Of a stretch of 38,712 bases of DNA, positions 7,670-16,756 are shown one piece after another; position 1 is the stretch's first letter, and each line of letters starts with the position of its first letter. Made by a program: the position numbers and the translations under genes. The DNA is taken from sequence record SRR31156797_5131; one strand, given 5' to 3'. Under the pieces are notes generated by a model. The model was not told the origin of the DNA, searched no databases, and saw nothing but the letters and a program-made list of their open reading frames with translations.

Positions 7670-8071
7670 ATGATCATGGAAGCAAATAAAAAAGACAAAT
7701 TAATTTATAGGATCTCAACAGGTTTAATGTGTGCCCTGTTTTTGTTCTCAGCTTTTCTGTACACATTTATGAAACCCTTTGCAGCAGAAGCATATAATGT
7801 AATTGGTTTCCCTATATGGATTTTAGTTCCATCGGCTATAATCAAGGTTTTGGGTGTAATTGCAGTAGTTACAAGAAAGTCTAAAATGCTTATTGAATGG
7901 GCCTATTCAGGATTCTTTTTCGACGTTGCATTTGCTACAATGGCTCACCTTGCGGTTAACGATCCACAATCAGCAGTTTTATCAACTTTTGGAATAGTAG
8001 TTACTGTGATATCAAGGATTTATTATAGTAAGATGTATGGTAAATTATCTTATTCAAAAGAAGCAAAATAA
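7670..8071 (+). CDS. DoxX-like family membrane protein
   Basis: Four hydrophobic segments; IYRISTGL, GFP, KVLG, EWAYSGFFF, AHL..ND. Confidence 0.85.
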   Translation: MIMEANKKDKLIYRISTGLMCALFLFSAFLYTFMKPFAAEAYNVIGFPIWILVPSAIIKVLGVIAVVTRKSKMLIEWAYSGFFFDVAFATMAHLAVNDPQSAVLSTFGIVVTVISRIYYSKMYGKLSYSKEAK

Positions 8072-8073
8072 TT

Positions 8074-8685
8074 ATGAGAATAAAGTATATAACCTTTACA
8101 CTACTTGCAGTTTTAGGATTGGCTGCAAGTAGTTGTACTAAAAAAGCTGATACCATTGATGCAAAAGCAATTCAGGAAGTCAAGGATTATCAGGATATAA
8201 GCCAGTTATTATACAAAAATGTCCGATCTATTGATCGATTAGATGCAAACTTGATGAAGTCAACCTATTGGTCAGATGCCATTCAGGATCATCAGGATCC
8301 AATAAATCCAATTGACTATAGTGGTAATGCCTGGGAGTTTTGTGATTATGCCATTTCTGAACTGGCAAAAGTAGAGAGAACCCATCATCGCTTAAGCAAT
8401 ATTATTATTGATATTAATGGTGACAAAGCTTATGCAGAGGCTTATGTGTGGGCTTATCATTATTTTAAAACACCTCAAGGCAATAAAGAAGGTATTTTAT
8501 TAGGCAGATATCAAAACCGGCTTGAGAAAAGAAATGGAGAATGGAAAATCGCTTATCGACTAACTATTTTTGATGCCAATCAAACTTTTGATGCTACAGA
8601 TATTTGGTCGGATGATTTTAGAAACATGGGTAAAAGAATTCCTGACGACAAGAGTTACAAAATTCAACAGTCAATTCGAAAATAA
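8074..8685 (+). CDS. SnoaL-like/NTF2 family lipoprotein
   Basis: Lipobox-like LAASSC; DYQDISQLL...RSIDRLD, HHRLSNI, GRY.NRLEKRNGEWKIAYR; paralog of 7032-7667. Confidence 0.85.
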   Translation: MRIKYITFTLLAVLGLAASSCTKKADTIDAKAIQEVKDYQDISQLLYKNVRSIDRLDANLMKSTYWSDAIQDHQDPINPIDYSGNAWEFCDYAISELAKVERTHHRLSNIIIDINGDKAYAEAYVWAYHYFKTPQGNKEGILLGRYQNRLEKRNGEWKIAYRLTIFDANQTFDATDIWSDDFRNMGKRIPDDKSYKIQQSIRK

Positions 8686-8690
8686 ATTAA

Positions 8691-8789
8691 CATGCACCAG
8701 CAATCTGGAGTGATAAATTAAATGATAAGTTCCGTCCTCATAGCGGCGATAGAAAAGATGATAGCAATAATACAAAAGGGATTAATTAA
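8691..8789 (+). pseudogene. Start-less fragment resembling the C-terminal tail of a SnoaL paralog
   Basis: Frame reads HAPAIWSDKLNDKFRPHSGDRKDDS; compare DATDIWSDDFRNMGKRIPDDKSY and NSTAVWIDLSKVNGRYISKRDKTDVSY in the neighbours. Confidence 0.4.
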
Positions 8790-8875
8790 GAGTATTTAAG
8801 GGGGAGCAAGGTGTTAGTTGGTGTAATAATTAATTGTTGCCTTGCTGCTTTTTATTAATTGGAATTAAACTAATT

Positions 8876-9496
8876 ATGAAAAAAATTATAGGATTCAGCT
8901 CTAGTCCGACCAAGGGAGGTGCTTTGGAGAGTGCGCTTACCAAAGTATTGGAGTCGACAGGAGAAGAATGGGAGTTGATTCGATTAAGCAATAAGAATAT
9001 CAAGTTTTGTTCGGGTTGTGTGGGTTGTGCTGCCACAAACAAATGTGTTTTTCGTGATGACATGGACGAACTGATAGCAAAATTTATGCAAGCCGATGCA
9101 GTGGTTTTTGGCGGTATTACCCGTCACAATGGTGTAAATGCTATCATGCAAAACTTCATGGAGCGATTTTTTCCGCTTTATCATCGAAAAATATTGTCTG
9201 AAGGGAAACCGGTTGCAATTGTGAGTACAGGCTTGTACTCGGCAGAAGAGGCTTACAAAGACATGGCAGGCTTTGTGAATGGCTTTAAGATGAAGGAAGT
9301 TGGTTCGCTGATTACCGGAGGCAATGCTTCCTGCTATAAGTGTTGTTTTGGCGAAACATGTCCGCATAGTGCTCACAGAGCCATTAATGGAGATGTGAAA
9401 ATTACAAAAGATACTTTTTACAGTTTCGAGAAAGATGCTGCTTGTGTAGAAGAAGCAGTTGAATTGGGACAAAAACTTGCAGAAAACATTAAATAA
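8876..9496 (+). CDS. Flavodoxin-fold iron-sulfur flavoprotein / NADPH-dependent FMN reductase family
   Basis: Start set to ATG 8876 (MKKIIGFSSSP); CSGCVGC....C motif, DDM, ADAVVFG, second Cys cluster CYKCCFGETC. Confidence 0.85.
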   Translation: MKKIIGFSSSPTKGGALESALTKVLESTGEEWELIRLSNKNIKFCSGCVGCAATNKCVFRDDMDELIAKFMQADAVVFGGITRHNGVNAIMQNFMERFFPLYHRKILSEGKPVAIVSTGLYSAEEAYKDMAGFVNGFKMKEVGSLITGGNASCYKCCFGETCPHSAHRAINGDVKITKDTFYSFEKDAACVEEAVELGQKLAENIK

Positions 9497-9503
9497 CACA
9501 ATT

Positions 9504-10154
9504 ATGACAAAAAGTTTAAAAGAACAATTGGAAAAAACTCATTCTGGTTTTACATCGTCTGCTCCCAAAGAGGTATTGGATGTTATTAATGATGGAATTA
9601 AGACTTTAGCCGAAAGTGATTTAATAAAGAATGTTATTCAAAAAGGTCAAAAGAGCCCCGACTTCACTCTTATTAATGCAGTTGGTGAAAAGATTAATCT
9701 CTACGATGAGTTGAAAAAGGGACGTGTAATTTTAACATGGTACAGAGGTGGTTGGTGCCCATACTGTAATTTGCAATTGCAGTATATGCAACAAAGCTTA
9801 TCTGTATTTAAAGAGTTGGGTGCTAATCTTATTGCTATTACTGCAGAAAAACCTGATGCTTCGCTTAGCACAAAAGAGAAAAACGAACTGGATTTTGAGG
9901 TTCTTTCAGACATTGATGGTTCAGTAAGCAAGTCGTTTGGATTGACATTCAAATTAACAGATGAGGTAAGTGATCTTTATAAAAACACTTTTGGTTTAGA
10001 TTTAGTAGAATTTAACGATAATAACTCCGACGAATTACCTATACCGGCCACTTATATAATTAATCAGGATGCTACAGTTGAGTATGCATATATTAACGCA
10101 GACTACACCCAAAGAGCAGAGCCTGTTGATATAATTAAAGAGCTAAAAAAATAA
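9504..10154 (+). CDS. Peroxiredoxin-like AhpC/TSA family protein
   Basis: Start set to ATG 9504; PDFTL, WYRGGWCPYCNLQL, LPIPATYII, DYTQRAEP. Confidence 0.92.
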   Translation: MTKSLKEQLEKTHSGFTSSAPKEVLDVINDGIKTLAESDLIKNVIQKGQKSPDFTLINAVGEKINLYDELKKGRVILTWYRGGWCPYCNLQLQYMQQSLSVFKELGANLIAITAEKPDASLSTKEKNELDFEVLSDIDGSVSKSFGLTFKLTDEVSDLYKNTFGLDLVEFNDNNSDELPIPATYIINQDATVEYAYINADYTQRAEPVDIIKELKK

Positions 10155-10157
10155 GAT

Positions 10158-11258
10158 ATGGCAAAAAAAATATTCGAACCAACAACAATAGGTGATTTAG
10201 AACTAAAGAATCGATTGTGGCGTTCTGCTACATGGTTGGGTATGGCTGACGATGAGGGTTTTGTTACTGATGCAGTTAAGGAGCAATACAAAAGACTTTC
10301 GGAAGGTGGAGTAGGGAATGTTATTGTCGAGTTTACCAATATTTTAAAGGAGGAAAAGACATATCCTGGAATACTTAGCATTAGTACTGATAAACATATC
10401 GACGGTCTAAAAGAGTTAACCAATATTATTCATGCTAATAATGCAAATGCATTTATTCAGATTGGATATGGAGGTTCTACAACCAGCTTATCAACTTATG
10501 ATCGTGTAGTGTGGGGACCATCTGCGGTGAAAAACCCAACCAACCAATTTGTTCCTAAAGAGATGACAGAAGAGGAGATAAAAACAGTGGTAGATGGCAT
10601 GGGACAAGCAGCTCTTAGAGCCAAAAAAGCTGGTTTTGATGGGGTGCAGATTCATGCAGCTCATGGTTATTTGTTTTCTCAGTTTTTGTCACCCTTTTTT
10701 AATCGTAGAAAGGATGAATATGGTGGATCTATTGAAAACAGATCGAAGATTATTTTGGAGTCTTTGGAGAGTATGAAAGCTCAGGCTGGTAAGGATTTTC
10801 CGGTCTTGATAAAAATGCATTGTGAAGATGAATGGGGTGAACATGGCTTAAGACTTGAAGAGAGTTTGTGGCTGGCGAAAGAGTTAGAAAAAAGAGGAAT
10901 TGATGGCATAGAGTTTAGTGGTGGTAATATTGATCCGAACACTGGAAATTCTGCATTGAAGCCTCGTTTGTTAAAACCAGAAAAGCAGTCGTACTACAAG
11001 AAGCAGGTTAGCCAGATCGCAGAAGAATTGAAAGTTCCGGTTATTTTGGTTGGTGGAAACAGGAACATGGGAATCATGAATGAGATCCTCAACAATAGTA
11101 ATATCTCCTACTTTTCGCTTTCACGAATCTTACACTCCGAGCCCGATTTACCTGAAAAATGGATGGAGAATCCAGATCAACGCCCCAGATGTGTTTCGTG
11201 TAACAATTGTTGGGCAGAGGGAGGTAACATTTGTATAATAGATAGAAAGAAGAATTAA
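10158..11258 (+). CDS. NADH:flavin oxidoreductase (old yellow enzyme family)
   Basis: LKNRLWRSAT, AGFDGVQIHAAHGYLFSQFLSP.FNRR.DEYGGS.ENR, C-terminal CVSCNNC cluster. Confidence 0.95.
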   Translation: MAKKIFEPTTIGDLELKNRLWRSATWLGMADDEGFVTDAVKEQYKRLSEGGVGNVIVEFTNILKEEKTYPGILSISTDKHIDGLKELTNIIHANNANAFIQIGYGGSTTSLSTYDRVVWGPSAVKNPTNQFVPKEMTEEEIKTVVDGMGQAALRAKKAGFDGVQIHAAHGYLFSQFLSPFFNRRKDEYGGSIENRSKIILESLESMKAQAGKDFPVLIKMHCEDEWGEHGLRLEESLWLAKELEKRGIDGIEFSGGNIDPNTGNSALKPRLLKPEKQSYYKKQVSQIAEELKVPVILVGGNRNMGIMNEILNNSNISYFSLSRILHSEPDLPEKWMENPDQRPRCVSCNNCWAEGGNICIIDRKKN

Positions 11259-11259
11259 T

Positions 11260-11547
11260 ATGATTGAAGTAGTATCAAAAATGTATGCCAAAGATGGTAG
11301 AGTAGAGGAGCTTATCTCAACATTTAAAGAGATGATCGAACCTACAAAGAAAGAGAAAGGATATTTGTTGTATGAAATGTATCAGGATCAGAAGAATCTT
11401 TCTGTTTTGATTGTCCTTGAACAATGGGAAACACAGGAGGATTTTGATAATCATTGTATTTCTGATCACTTTAATCGAATCGTGCCCCAAATGCTTGAAT
11501 GTATGGAAAGGGCATCCGAAGTGAATATTTGCAATAGAGTGGCTTAA
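11260..11547 (+). CDS. Putative quinol monooxygenase (ABM domain)
   Basis: 95 aa; TKKEKG...YEMYQD, EQWETQEDFDNH..SDHF. Confidence 0.9.
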   Translation: MIEVVSKMYAKDGRVEELISTFKEMIEPTKKEKGYLLYEMYQDQKNLSVLIVLEQWETQEDFDNHCISDHFNRIVPQMLECMERASEVNICNRVA

Positions 11548-11549
11548 GA

Positions 11550-11594
11550 TATCGGGAAGCGATTATTATTCTGTGATCGCTTCCCGATAGTTTC
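11550..11594 (+). terminator. Rho-independent terminator ending the redox operon
   Basis: TATCGGGAAGCGAT (11550-11563) / ATCGCTTCCCGATA (11576-11589), followed by GTTTT. Confidence 0.85.
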
Positions 11595-11665
11595 CTTACT
11601 ATTATTCGTTACATTTTCTAAAAAAAATCTTATTTTCATATCATGTTGAATTAAAATTATAAAAT

Positions 11666-11815
11666 ATGATTTTAGGCGTATCAGGATGGCTTAGTGGAAA
11701 ACTAGGTTGGGATGTAACAATTATAAGAGTTGCATTTGTTGTAGGAGTGTTGTGTTTTGGTGTTGGATTAGGACTGTACTTGATTTTGTGGTTGGTGAAA
11801 ATGTTTTCTAATTAA
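11666..11815 (+). CDS. Minimal PspC-domain membrane protein (49 aa; not in ORF track)
   Basis: MILGVSGWLSGKLGWDVTIIRVAFVVGVLCFGVGLGLYLILWLVKMFSN matches the PspC pattern GV..GL....G.D...R..F......G.....Y..LW; AT-rich leader. Confidence 0.85.
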   Translation: MILGVSGWLSGKLGWDVTIIRVAFVVGVLCFGVGLGLYLILWLVKMFSN

Positions 11816-11996
11816 ATGGTTTTAAAATTTAAGAATAGTTGTTGTTAGGTGTAACTGGTTGGTTGTGAAATAGCGGTAGGAACGTAAAGGTTTTGTAATT
11901 TATAATGAGTCTAGGAGTTGAATGGTGAGTGTTTTTGCAAATGATAATTAATTTTATTAGTACGTTGAAAATTAAGCCACCCTAAGTATCATCGAT

Positions 11997-13901
11997 ATGA
12001 AAAATAATCTTATTGTACTTGTATTTATTTGTTTATCTATAGTGTCTTGTGAAAAGGAAGACGAAGAAAAGAGATTCGGTGGATTGGAAGGTGACGTAAA
12101 AAATAAATTTGGTCAGGGAATAGGTAACGCTCTTGTTAAAGCTGGACTTTCTACCGTTAAAACAAATGAGTCGGGCAGATATCGATTTACAAAACTAGAG
12201 GTTGACGATTATGATATTACTGTTATTGGCGAAACTTTTCTTCCAGAAACAAAGCAAGTTCAGATAATGGAAGATGAAGTAAATCAATTAAATTTCATAC
12301 TCCAAACAGGTGAGCCTACACTTAGTATTTCCGAATCGATTTGTAATGTTAGACCTGTAAAGGGAGTACAATATATTAATGTTGAATCTAATGCAAGTTG
12401 GTTGATTGAAGAAAAGTGTCAATGGATTGAATGTGACCAATCTAAAGGAGAAGGAAATGGAAAAATACGTGTATCCTGGAATGAAAATAATGGGGATCTT
12501 GAGCGACAAGACACCATTTGGTTTAGGGCTGGGGATTTAACTCGGACCTTAGTGGTACTTCAAACCAATAAATTAAAAATATTAGAAATTAAAGGAATTA
12601 TTGGGAATAATGCTGTAGATATAAGAGATTCGGTATATGTGAAATTTAATAAAGCGATAACTATTGAAAAAATTAAAAGTAATTATGATTTGTGTTATTC
12701 TGATATGAATTATGAATTATTAGAGAATAGTACAGCTCTCGAATTTTCATACGCTTGTGCTAAGCTTGGCAAAAGTTATCCGTTTTCAATTCGAGTGAAG
12801 GATGATAAAGGTCAAGTAGCATCTTTCGAAATAGATGTTCCTTTTTTTAAGCATAAACTAGAGTATGAAGGATATATAACTGGCTATGCTTTGCTTAATG
12901 ATGAAAAAGAAGCCGTTATTTCATCTTTTAATCCGCCAAGAGTTACACATTACTCACTCGAAAGTGGAGAGGTTCTTAATACTTTTGATTTATCAAATTA
13001 TTTTTCGCCTACGGATATTTCCTACAACCCATACAATTCTCTTGTTTATTTAGTTGGAGCAGAAACTGATGCAGTTTTTAGGCATACTTCTACAAAGTAT
13101 CCCCATGTTCATACACTTAATTTAACGACAGGTAAGATTGAGAAGGTGATTACTTTGGAACCGGATGAAAATGATCATCCTGACTACCCTCATACTATTC
13201 CTAGTGTACCTCAATTTACTGAAACAGGTATCGGTATTATAACTATGAAAGACAAGGCAGGTAATTTTGGAGGATGGAAGGTTGTTGACTGTACTGGAGA
13301 TACACATGAATTATATAGAGTGGAGAAATCAAATCAGGAGATTAATGGTGGTGAAGCAATTTCAAAGATGTATTTGAATCATGATAAAACGAAACTAATT
13401 ATTATGCAACATTATGGTAGTTGTCAATATTTAATCTTCGATGGGATAACACAAAGTGTTGAGATAGTTACCTCACCTGAAATTACTCGTTCTGGTTTTT
13501 TAGCACCTAACAAAAGGAATAGTAAGGTCTATGTAGGGCAGCTCTATGCACAATTTATTATGGAATTAGATAAAAGTTTTGTTAGTCCAATGTCGTATAT
13601 GGGGGGTGGAAGCCTGGAAGGAGCCGGATTTAGTTATAAAGAAGGCGAGGAGAATATCATTTATTCACTAAGTGAGAATTACTTGAAGCTAATGGATTAT
13701 AATAAATCTGAAACCCCAATGTGGTGTGATATTGAATATGACCTTGATGGTTTTACATCCACGGTTGATGGTAGACATTTGATCGGTTATAAGAAGTACA
13801 ATTATAAAAGTTCGTTCTTTGTATTTGATACTAATCTTTTTTATAAACATTTAAGTACTACGAAAAACAAGAATGTGAAATTGGATAGTAATGATTGGTA
13901 A
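11997..13901 (+). CDS. Surface lipoprotein with carboxypeptidase-regulatory-like domain, BACON domain and probable beta-propeller
   Basis: Lipobox IVSC; G.V....G..I.NA.V......TNESGRY.F..L....Y; VESNASW......WI.....GEGNG.I.V....N.....R; beta-rich C-terminus. Confidence 0.75.
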   Translation: MKNNLIVLVFICLSIVSCEKEDEEKRFGGLEGDVKNKFGQGIGNALVKAGLSTVKTNESGRYRFTKLEVDDYDITVIGETFLPETKQVQIMEDEVNQLNFILQTGEPTLSISESICNVRPVKGVQYINVESNASWLIEEKCQWIECDQSKGEGNGKIRVSWNENNGDLERQDTIWFRAGDLTRTLVVLQTNKLKILEIKGIIGNNAVDIRDSVYVKFNKAITIEKIKSNYDLCYSDMNYELLENSTALEFSYACAKLGKSYPFSIRVKDDKGQVASFEIDVPFFKHKLEYEGYITGYALLNDEKEAVISSFNPPRVTHYSLESGEVLNTFDLSNYFSPTDISYNPYNSLVYLVGAETDAVFRHTSTKYPHVHTLNLTTGKIEKVITLEPDENDHPDYPHTIPSVPQFTETGIGIITMKDKAGNFGGWKVVDCTGDTHELYRVEKSNQEINGGEAISKMYLNHDKTKLIIMQHYGSCQYLIFDGITQSVEIVTSPEITRSGFLAPNKRNSKVYVGQLYAQFIMELDKSFVSPMSYMGGGSLEGAGFSYKEGEENIIYSLSENYLKLMDYNKSETPMWCDIEYDLDGFTSTVDGRHLIGYKKYNYKSSFFVFDTNLFYKHLSTTKNKNVKLDSNDW

Positions 13902-14057
13902 AATGGCGTAGGATGTTTAAGGTAAACTCCTAACACAAATATAATTAGTTCTGTTTTTATTAATTATTCTTTTCGGGTAATCTATTATTTTGTGAAGGCG
14001 TTCCTATAAACACATTTAGGAGGCTAAGAAAATGTATTTGTTTAAAACCCCTATTAT

Positions 14058-14891
14058 TTAATCTGCAAAATAGCTATTTGCTGCAGCATAGGAAAAATCA
14101 TGATTTAAAAGACTGTTGATATCAGCATTTTCAATTATCTCTTTACTGCTTTGTATTAGATTTGAAAACATCGCGCGAACTGGTCCCGATCCTAAACTCA
14201 AGCGACTCACACCCAATTGTTCCATCTCCTTAAGATCGTGATAAACTGGATTGGCAATTGCATTTAGGGGACCATTGATATTGGCAAGCAATTCAACAAG
14301 GGTTTCCTTTTGGAGCAATCCTGGAACAAAAACACAATCGGCACCAGCCTCCAAAAAGGCATTACATCGTTCTGTGGCAATGGCTAACTTTTCTTCATCG
14401 TTTCCAGCATTTAGCCAATAGGTGCATGTTCTGGCATTGATAACAAAAGGCAATTCCAATTCTTTTTTTAGTTCTGCTATTGCTTTAATTTTCTCTAATT
14501 GAAGGCTGAGATCATCCAATTTTCCATCAGGTCTGCCATCTTCCAGGTTGATTCCGACGGCTCCTGTTTCCAGTATCTTACGAACATTCTCTTTTACCTC
14601 TTGTGGATTATTGGAATATCCTCTCTCTAAATCAACTGATAAAGGAATACTAATTCTTCTTGATATTTGTTGGCTCACCATACATAAATCTTCTATGTCT
14701 ATGATTTCACCATCGGCATATCCCATTGCAAACGCAATTCCTGCGCTAGTGGTGGCTACTGCCTTGAATCCTTCTTTTTTGAATACCTTAGCCGAGCCAG
14801 CATTCCAGGCATTGGGCAAGAGTAACATTTCTTTATTGTGGTGTAAAGCCTGAAATTCTTTTGCTCTTTGTTTTTGTTCAGTGGTAATCAT
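14058..14891 (-). CDS. Isocitrate lyase/PEP mutase family protein
   Basis: LPNAWNAGSA, ATTSAGIA...GYADG, PLSVDLE.GY, GAVGINLEDG, FVINART, AGADCVFVPG. Confidence 0.93.
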   Translation of the reverse strand: MITTEQKQRAKEFQALHHNKEMLLLPNAWNAGSAKVFKKEGFKAVATTSAGIAFAMGYADGEIIDIEDLCMVSQQISRRISIPLSVDLERGYSNNPQEVKENVRKILETGAVGINLEDGRPDGKLDDLSLQLEKIKAIAELKKELELPFVINARTCTYWLNAGNDEEKLAIATERCNAFLEAGADCVFVPGLLQKETLVELLANINGPLNAIANPVYHDLKEMEQLGVSRLSLGSGPVRAMFSNLIQSSKEIIENADINSLLNHDFSYAAANSYFAD

Positions 14892-14989
14892 ATAATTTTG
14901 AATCCTATTTTAAACAACAAATTTACTATTGCTGTAGTTTGAATGTTTGATTTTTTAAGAAAAAGCAATCACTTGTCAGTATTCAGCTT

Positions 14990-16078
14990 TTAAATTCTCT
15001 TGTTGCAAATTGCTTGCAATGGGCAATTATCACATAAAGGTTTCTTCTGACAAAAAGCTTTGGCATGCTCTACTACTAAAGCATGATTTAAATTGTATGT
15101 TTGGGTATCCTTAGGAATTACCTCTTCCATTAACTTGCGAAAATCTTCATATTTTTCTGGAACCTCAATTCCTACACGGTAAAAAATTCTTCGTGTATAG
15201 GCGTCAATCACAAAGAATGGTTTTTCAAGAGCATATACCAAAATGCTATCGGCTGTTTCACCACCAACACCATTAATACTCAGTAATTCCTGTCTAAGTA
15301 AATCGCCATCCTGTTTTTTAGCTTCGCTGATATTGTAATCATACTTTTTAAACCATTTGCTTAGTGATTTTAGTTTTAAAGCTTTCTGGTTGTGGTAGCC
15401 ACTTGGACGTATTATTTCTGCTAATTCTTCGGGAACAGTTATTTCAACGAATTCAGGTGTTAACTTTCCATTGAAATTAGACAAAGCCTTTTCAACATTT
15501 TTCCAATTGGTGTTTTGGGTGAGAATGGCACCTACCATCATTTCAAAATCACTATCTGCAGGCCACCAATTCAACTTTCCGTAGTGTGCTTTTAAAATTT
15601 CGAATGTATGATTGATCAATTCCAAATTCAGTAATTGCTTTTTCAACTCCAAACCATAGGCATAGCCAACCAATTTTTTATTGGCACCAATTACTCTGTG
15701 GCAGGGTACAATTATAGGGATAGGATTTTTGTTGTTCGCCATTCCAATTGCCCTTGCGGCTTTAGGATTACCGATAGCGACTGCAATATCCTTATAGCTT
15801 CTCAATTCACCGTATGGAATATTATCTAGTTCGGTCCAAACTTTACGTTGGAAATCGGTTCCTTTTGGATTTAATTTTAGATTGAAACGAGTTCTTTTGC
15901 CTTCGAGATATTCAAGCAATTGAGCTTTAGCCTCTACAAACTGATTTTCTGATTTTACCCAGTTCTCGTCAATAAATATCTCTTTGCTCTTGTTGTCAAC
16001 CAGAAGTTGACTGATTCCATTTTTGTCTCCAATCAAGATGATTTTCCCGATTGGAGTCTCAAAGCTTTCGTAATTCAT
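14990..16078 (-). CDS. Fusion: O6-alkylguanine-DNA alkyltransferase (Ogt) + HhH-GPD DNA glycosylase with Fe-S loop
   Basis: N-half GTDFQRKVW..IPYG..SY, NPIPIIVPCHRVIG. C-half WWP....FEMMVGAILTQNT, IRPSGY..QKA, INGVGGETADSIL, VIDAY, C-x6-C-x2-C-x5-C. Confidence 0.92.
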   Translation of the reverse strand: MNYESFETPIGKIILIGDKNGISQLLVDNKSKEIFIDENWVKSENQFVEAKAQLLEYLEGKRTRFNLKLNPKGTDFQRKVWTELDNIPYGELRSYKDIAVAIGNPKAARAIGMANNKNPIPIIVPCHRVIGANKKLVGYAYGLELKKQLLNLELINHTFEILKAHYGKLNWWPADSDFEMMVGAILTQNTNWKNVEKALSNFNGKLTPEFVEITVPEELAEIIRPSGYHNQKALKLKSLSKWFKKYDYNISEAKKQDGDLLRQELLSINGVGGETADSILVYALEKPFFVIDAYTRRIFYRVGIEVPEKYEDFRKLMEEVIPKDTQTYNLNHALVVEHAKAFCQKKPLCDNCPLQAICNKRI

Positions 16079-16084
16079 ATCTGT

Positions 16085-16756
16085 TTAATCTTTCAGAAGA
16101 TCAACAATTTTGCTGATGCTGTTTGTAGTGTAGTTTGGAGTTTTTTCCCAGGGATCGAAACTGTTCTCTTCGTTTCGTTGTATCCAAATGGATTGCAATC
16201 CAGAATTCATTGCGCCCAGTATATCAAAGGAATTGCTGGAAATCAGATAGGTATTCTCCTTTTTGGATGCGGTAGTTTCAATAAAATGCTCATACGCCAA
16301 TGGATCGGGTTTGAAAGATTGAATCTCTTCAAGACTAACCACATGGTCGAACAAGTGAATGATATCGGCGTAGTACAGCAGACTATGAATGTCTTTTTTT
16401 GTGCCATTGGAAAAGGCAGAGATTTTATGTCCCTTACTCTTTAAAGTCTGCAATCCTTCAATTACATCCGGAAATACGGGTAATTCCTTATATTCCCAAA
16501 GTAGTTGCTGCCTTTGACTTGTAGTTAGTTTTACTTTGTATTGCAGACAGCAAAAAATTAGAGCTTGTTTTGTGCAGACAGAGAAATCTACGTAATCTTT
16601 CATTAATCCTCTTCGAAAAGAATATTCCAATTGCTTATTTCTCCAACTATTGGCGAATGATTTTGCTTTTTCTCCAATCAAGTTTTCAAGCGATTCCTGA
16701 ATTCCAGAGGTGTTGATTAAAGTGCCGTAAATGTCAAATGCTAATGAATAGGTCAT
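16085..16756 (-). CDS. Haloacid dehalogenase type II (HAD superfamily)
   Basis: Start set to ATG 16756 (ATGA overlap with ada stop); AFDIYGTL, WRNKQLEY, SNG, KPDP..Y, SSNSFDILGA. Confidence 0.9.
   Translation of the reverse strand: MTYSLAFDIYGTLINTSGIQESLENLIGEKAKSFANSWRNKQLEYSFRRGLMKDYVDFSVCTKQALIFCCLQYKVKLTTSQRQQLLWEYKELPVFPDVIEGLQTLKSKGHKISAFSNGTKKDIHSLLYYADIIHLFDHVVSLEEIQSFKPDPLAYEHFIETTASKKENTYLISSNSFDILGAMNSGLQSIWIQRNEENSFDPWEKTPNYTTNSISKIVDLLKD

Noticed and set aside
8984-9499. 171-aa minus-strand ORF and similar shadow ORFs (e.g. 2577-2936, 16007-16444, 22484-22924, 31550-31996)
   Set aside because: They overlap confidently identified genes and have no recognisable motifs.
6252-11258. 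bai-type bile acid 7-dehydroxylation operon (SDR + SnoaL + OYE)
   Set aside because: No CoA ligase, CoA transferase or transporter, and the OYE is the short form; the similarity is only at family level.
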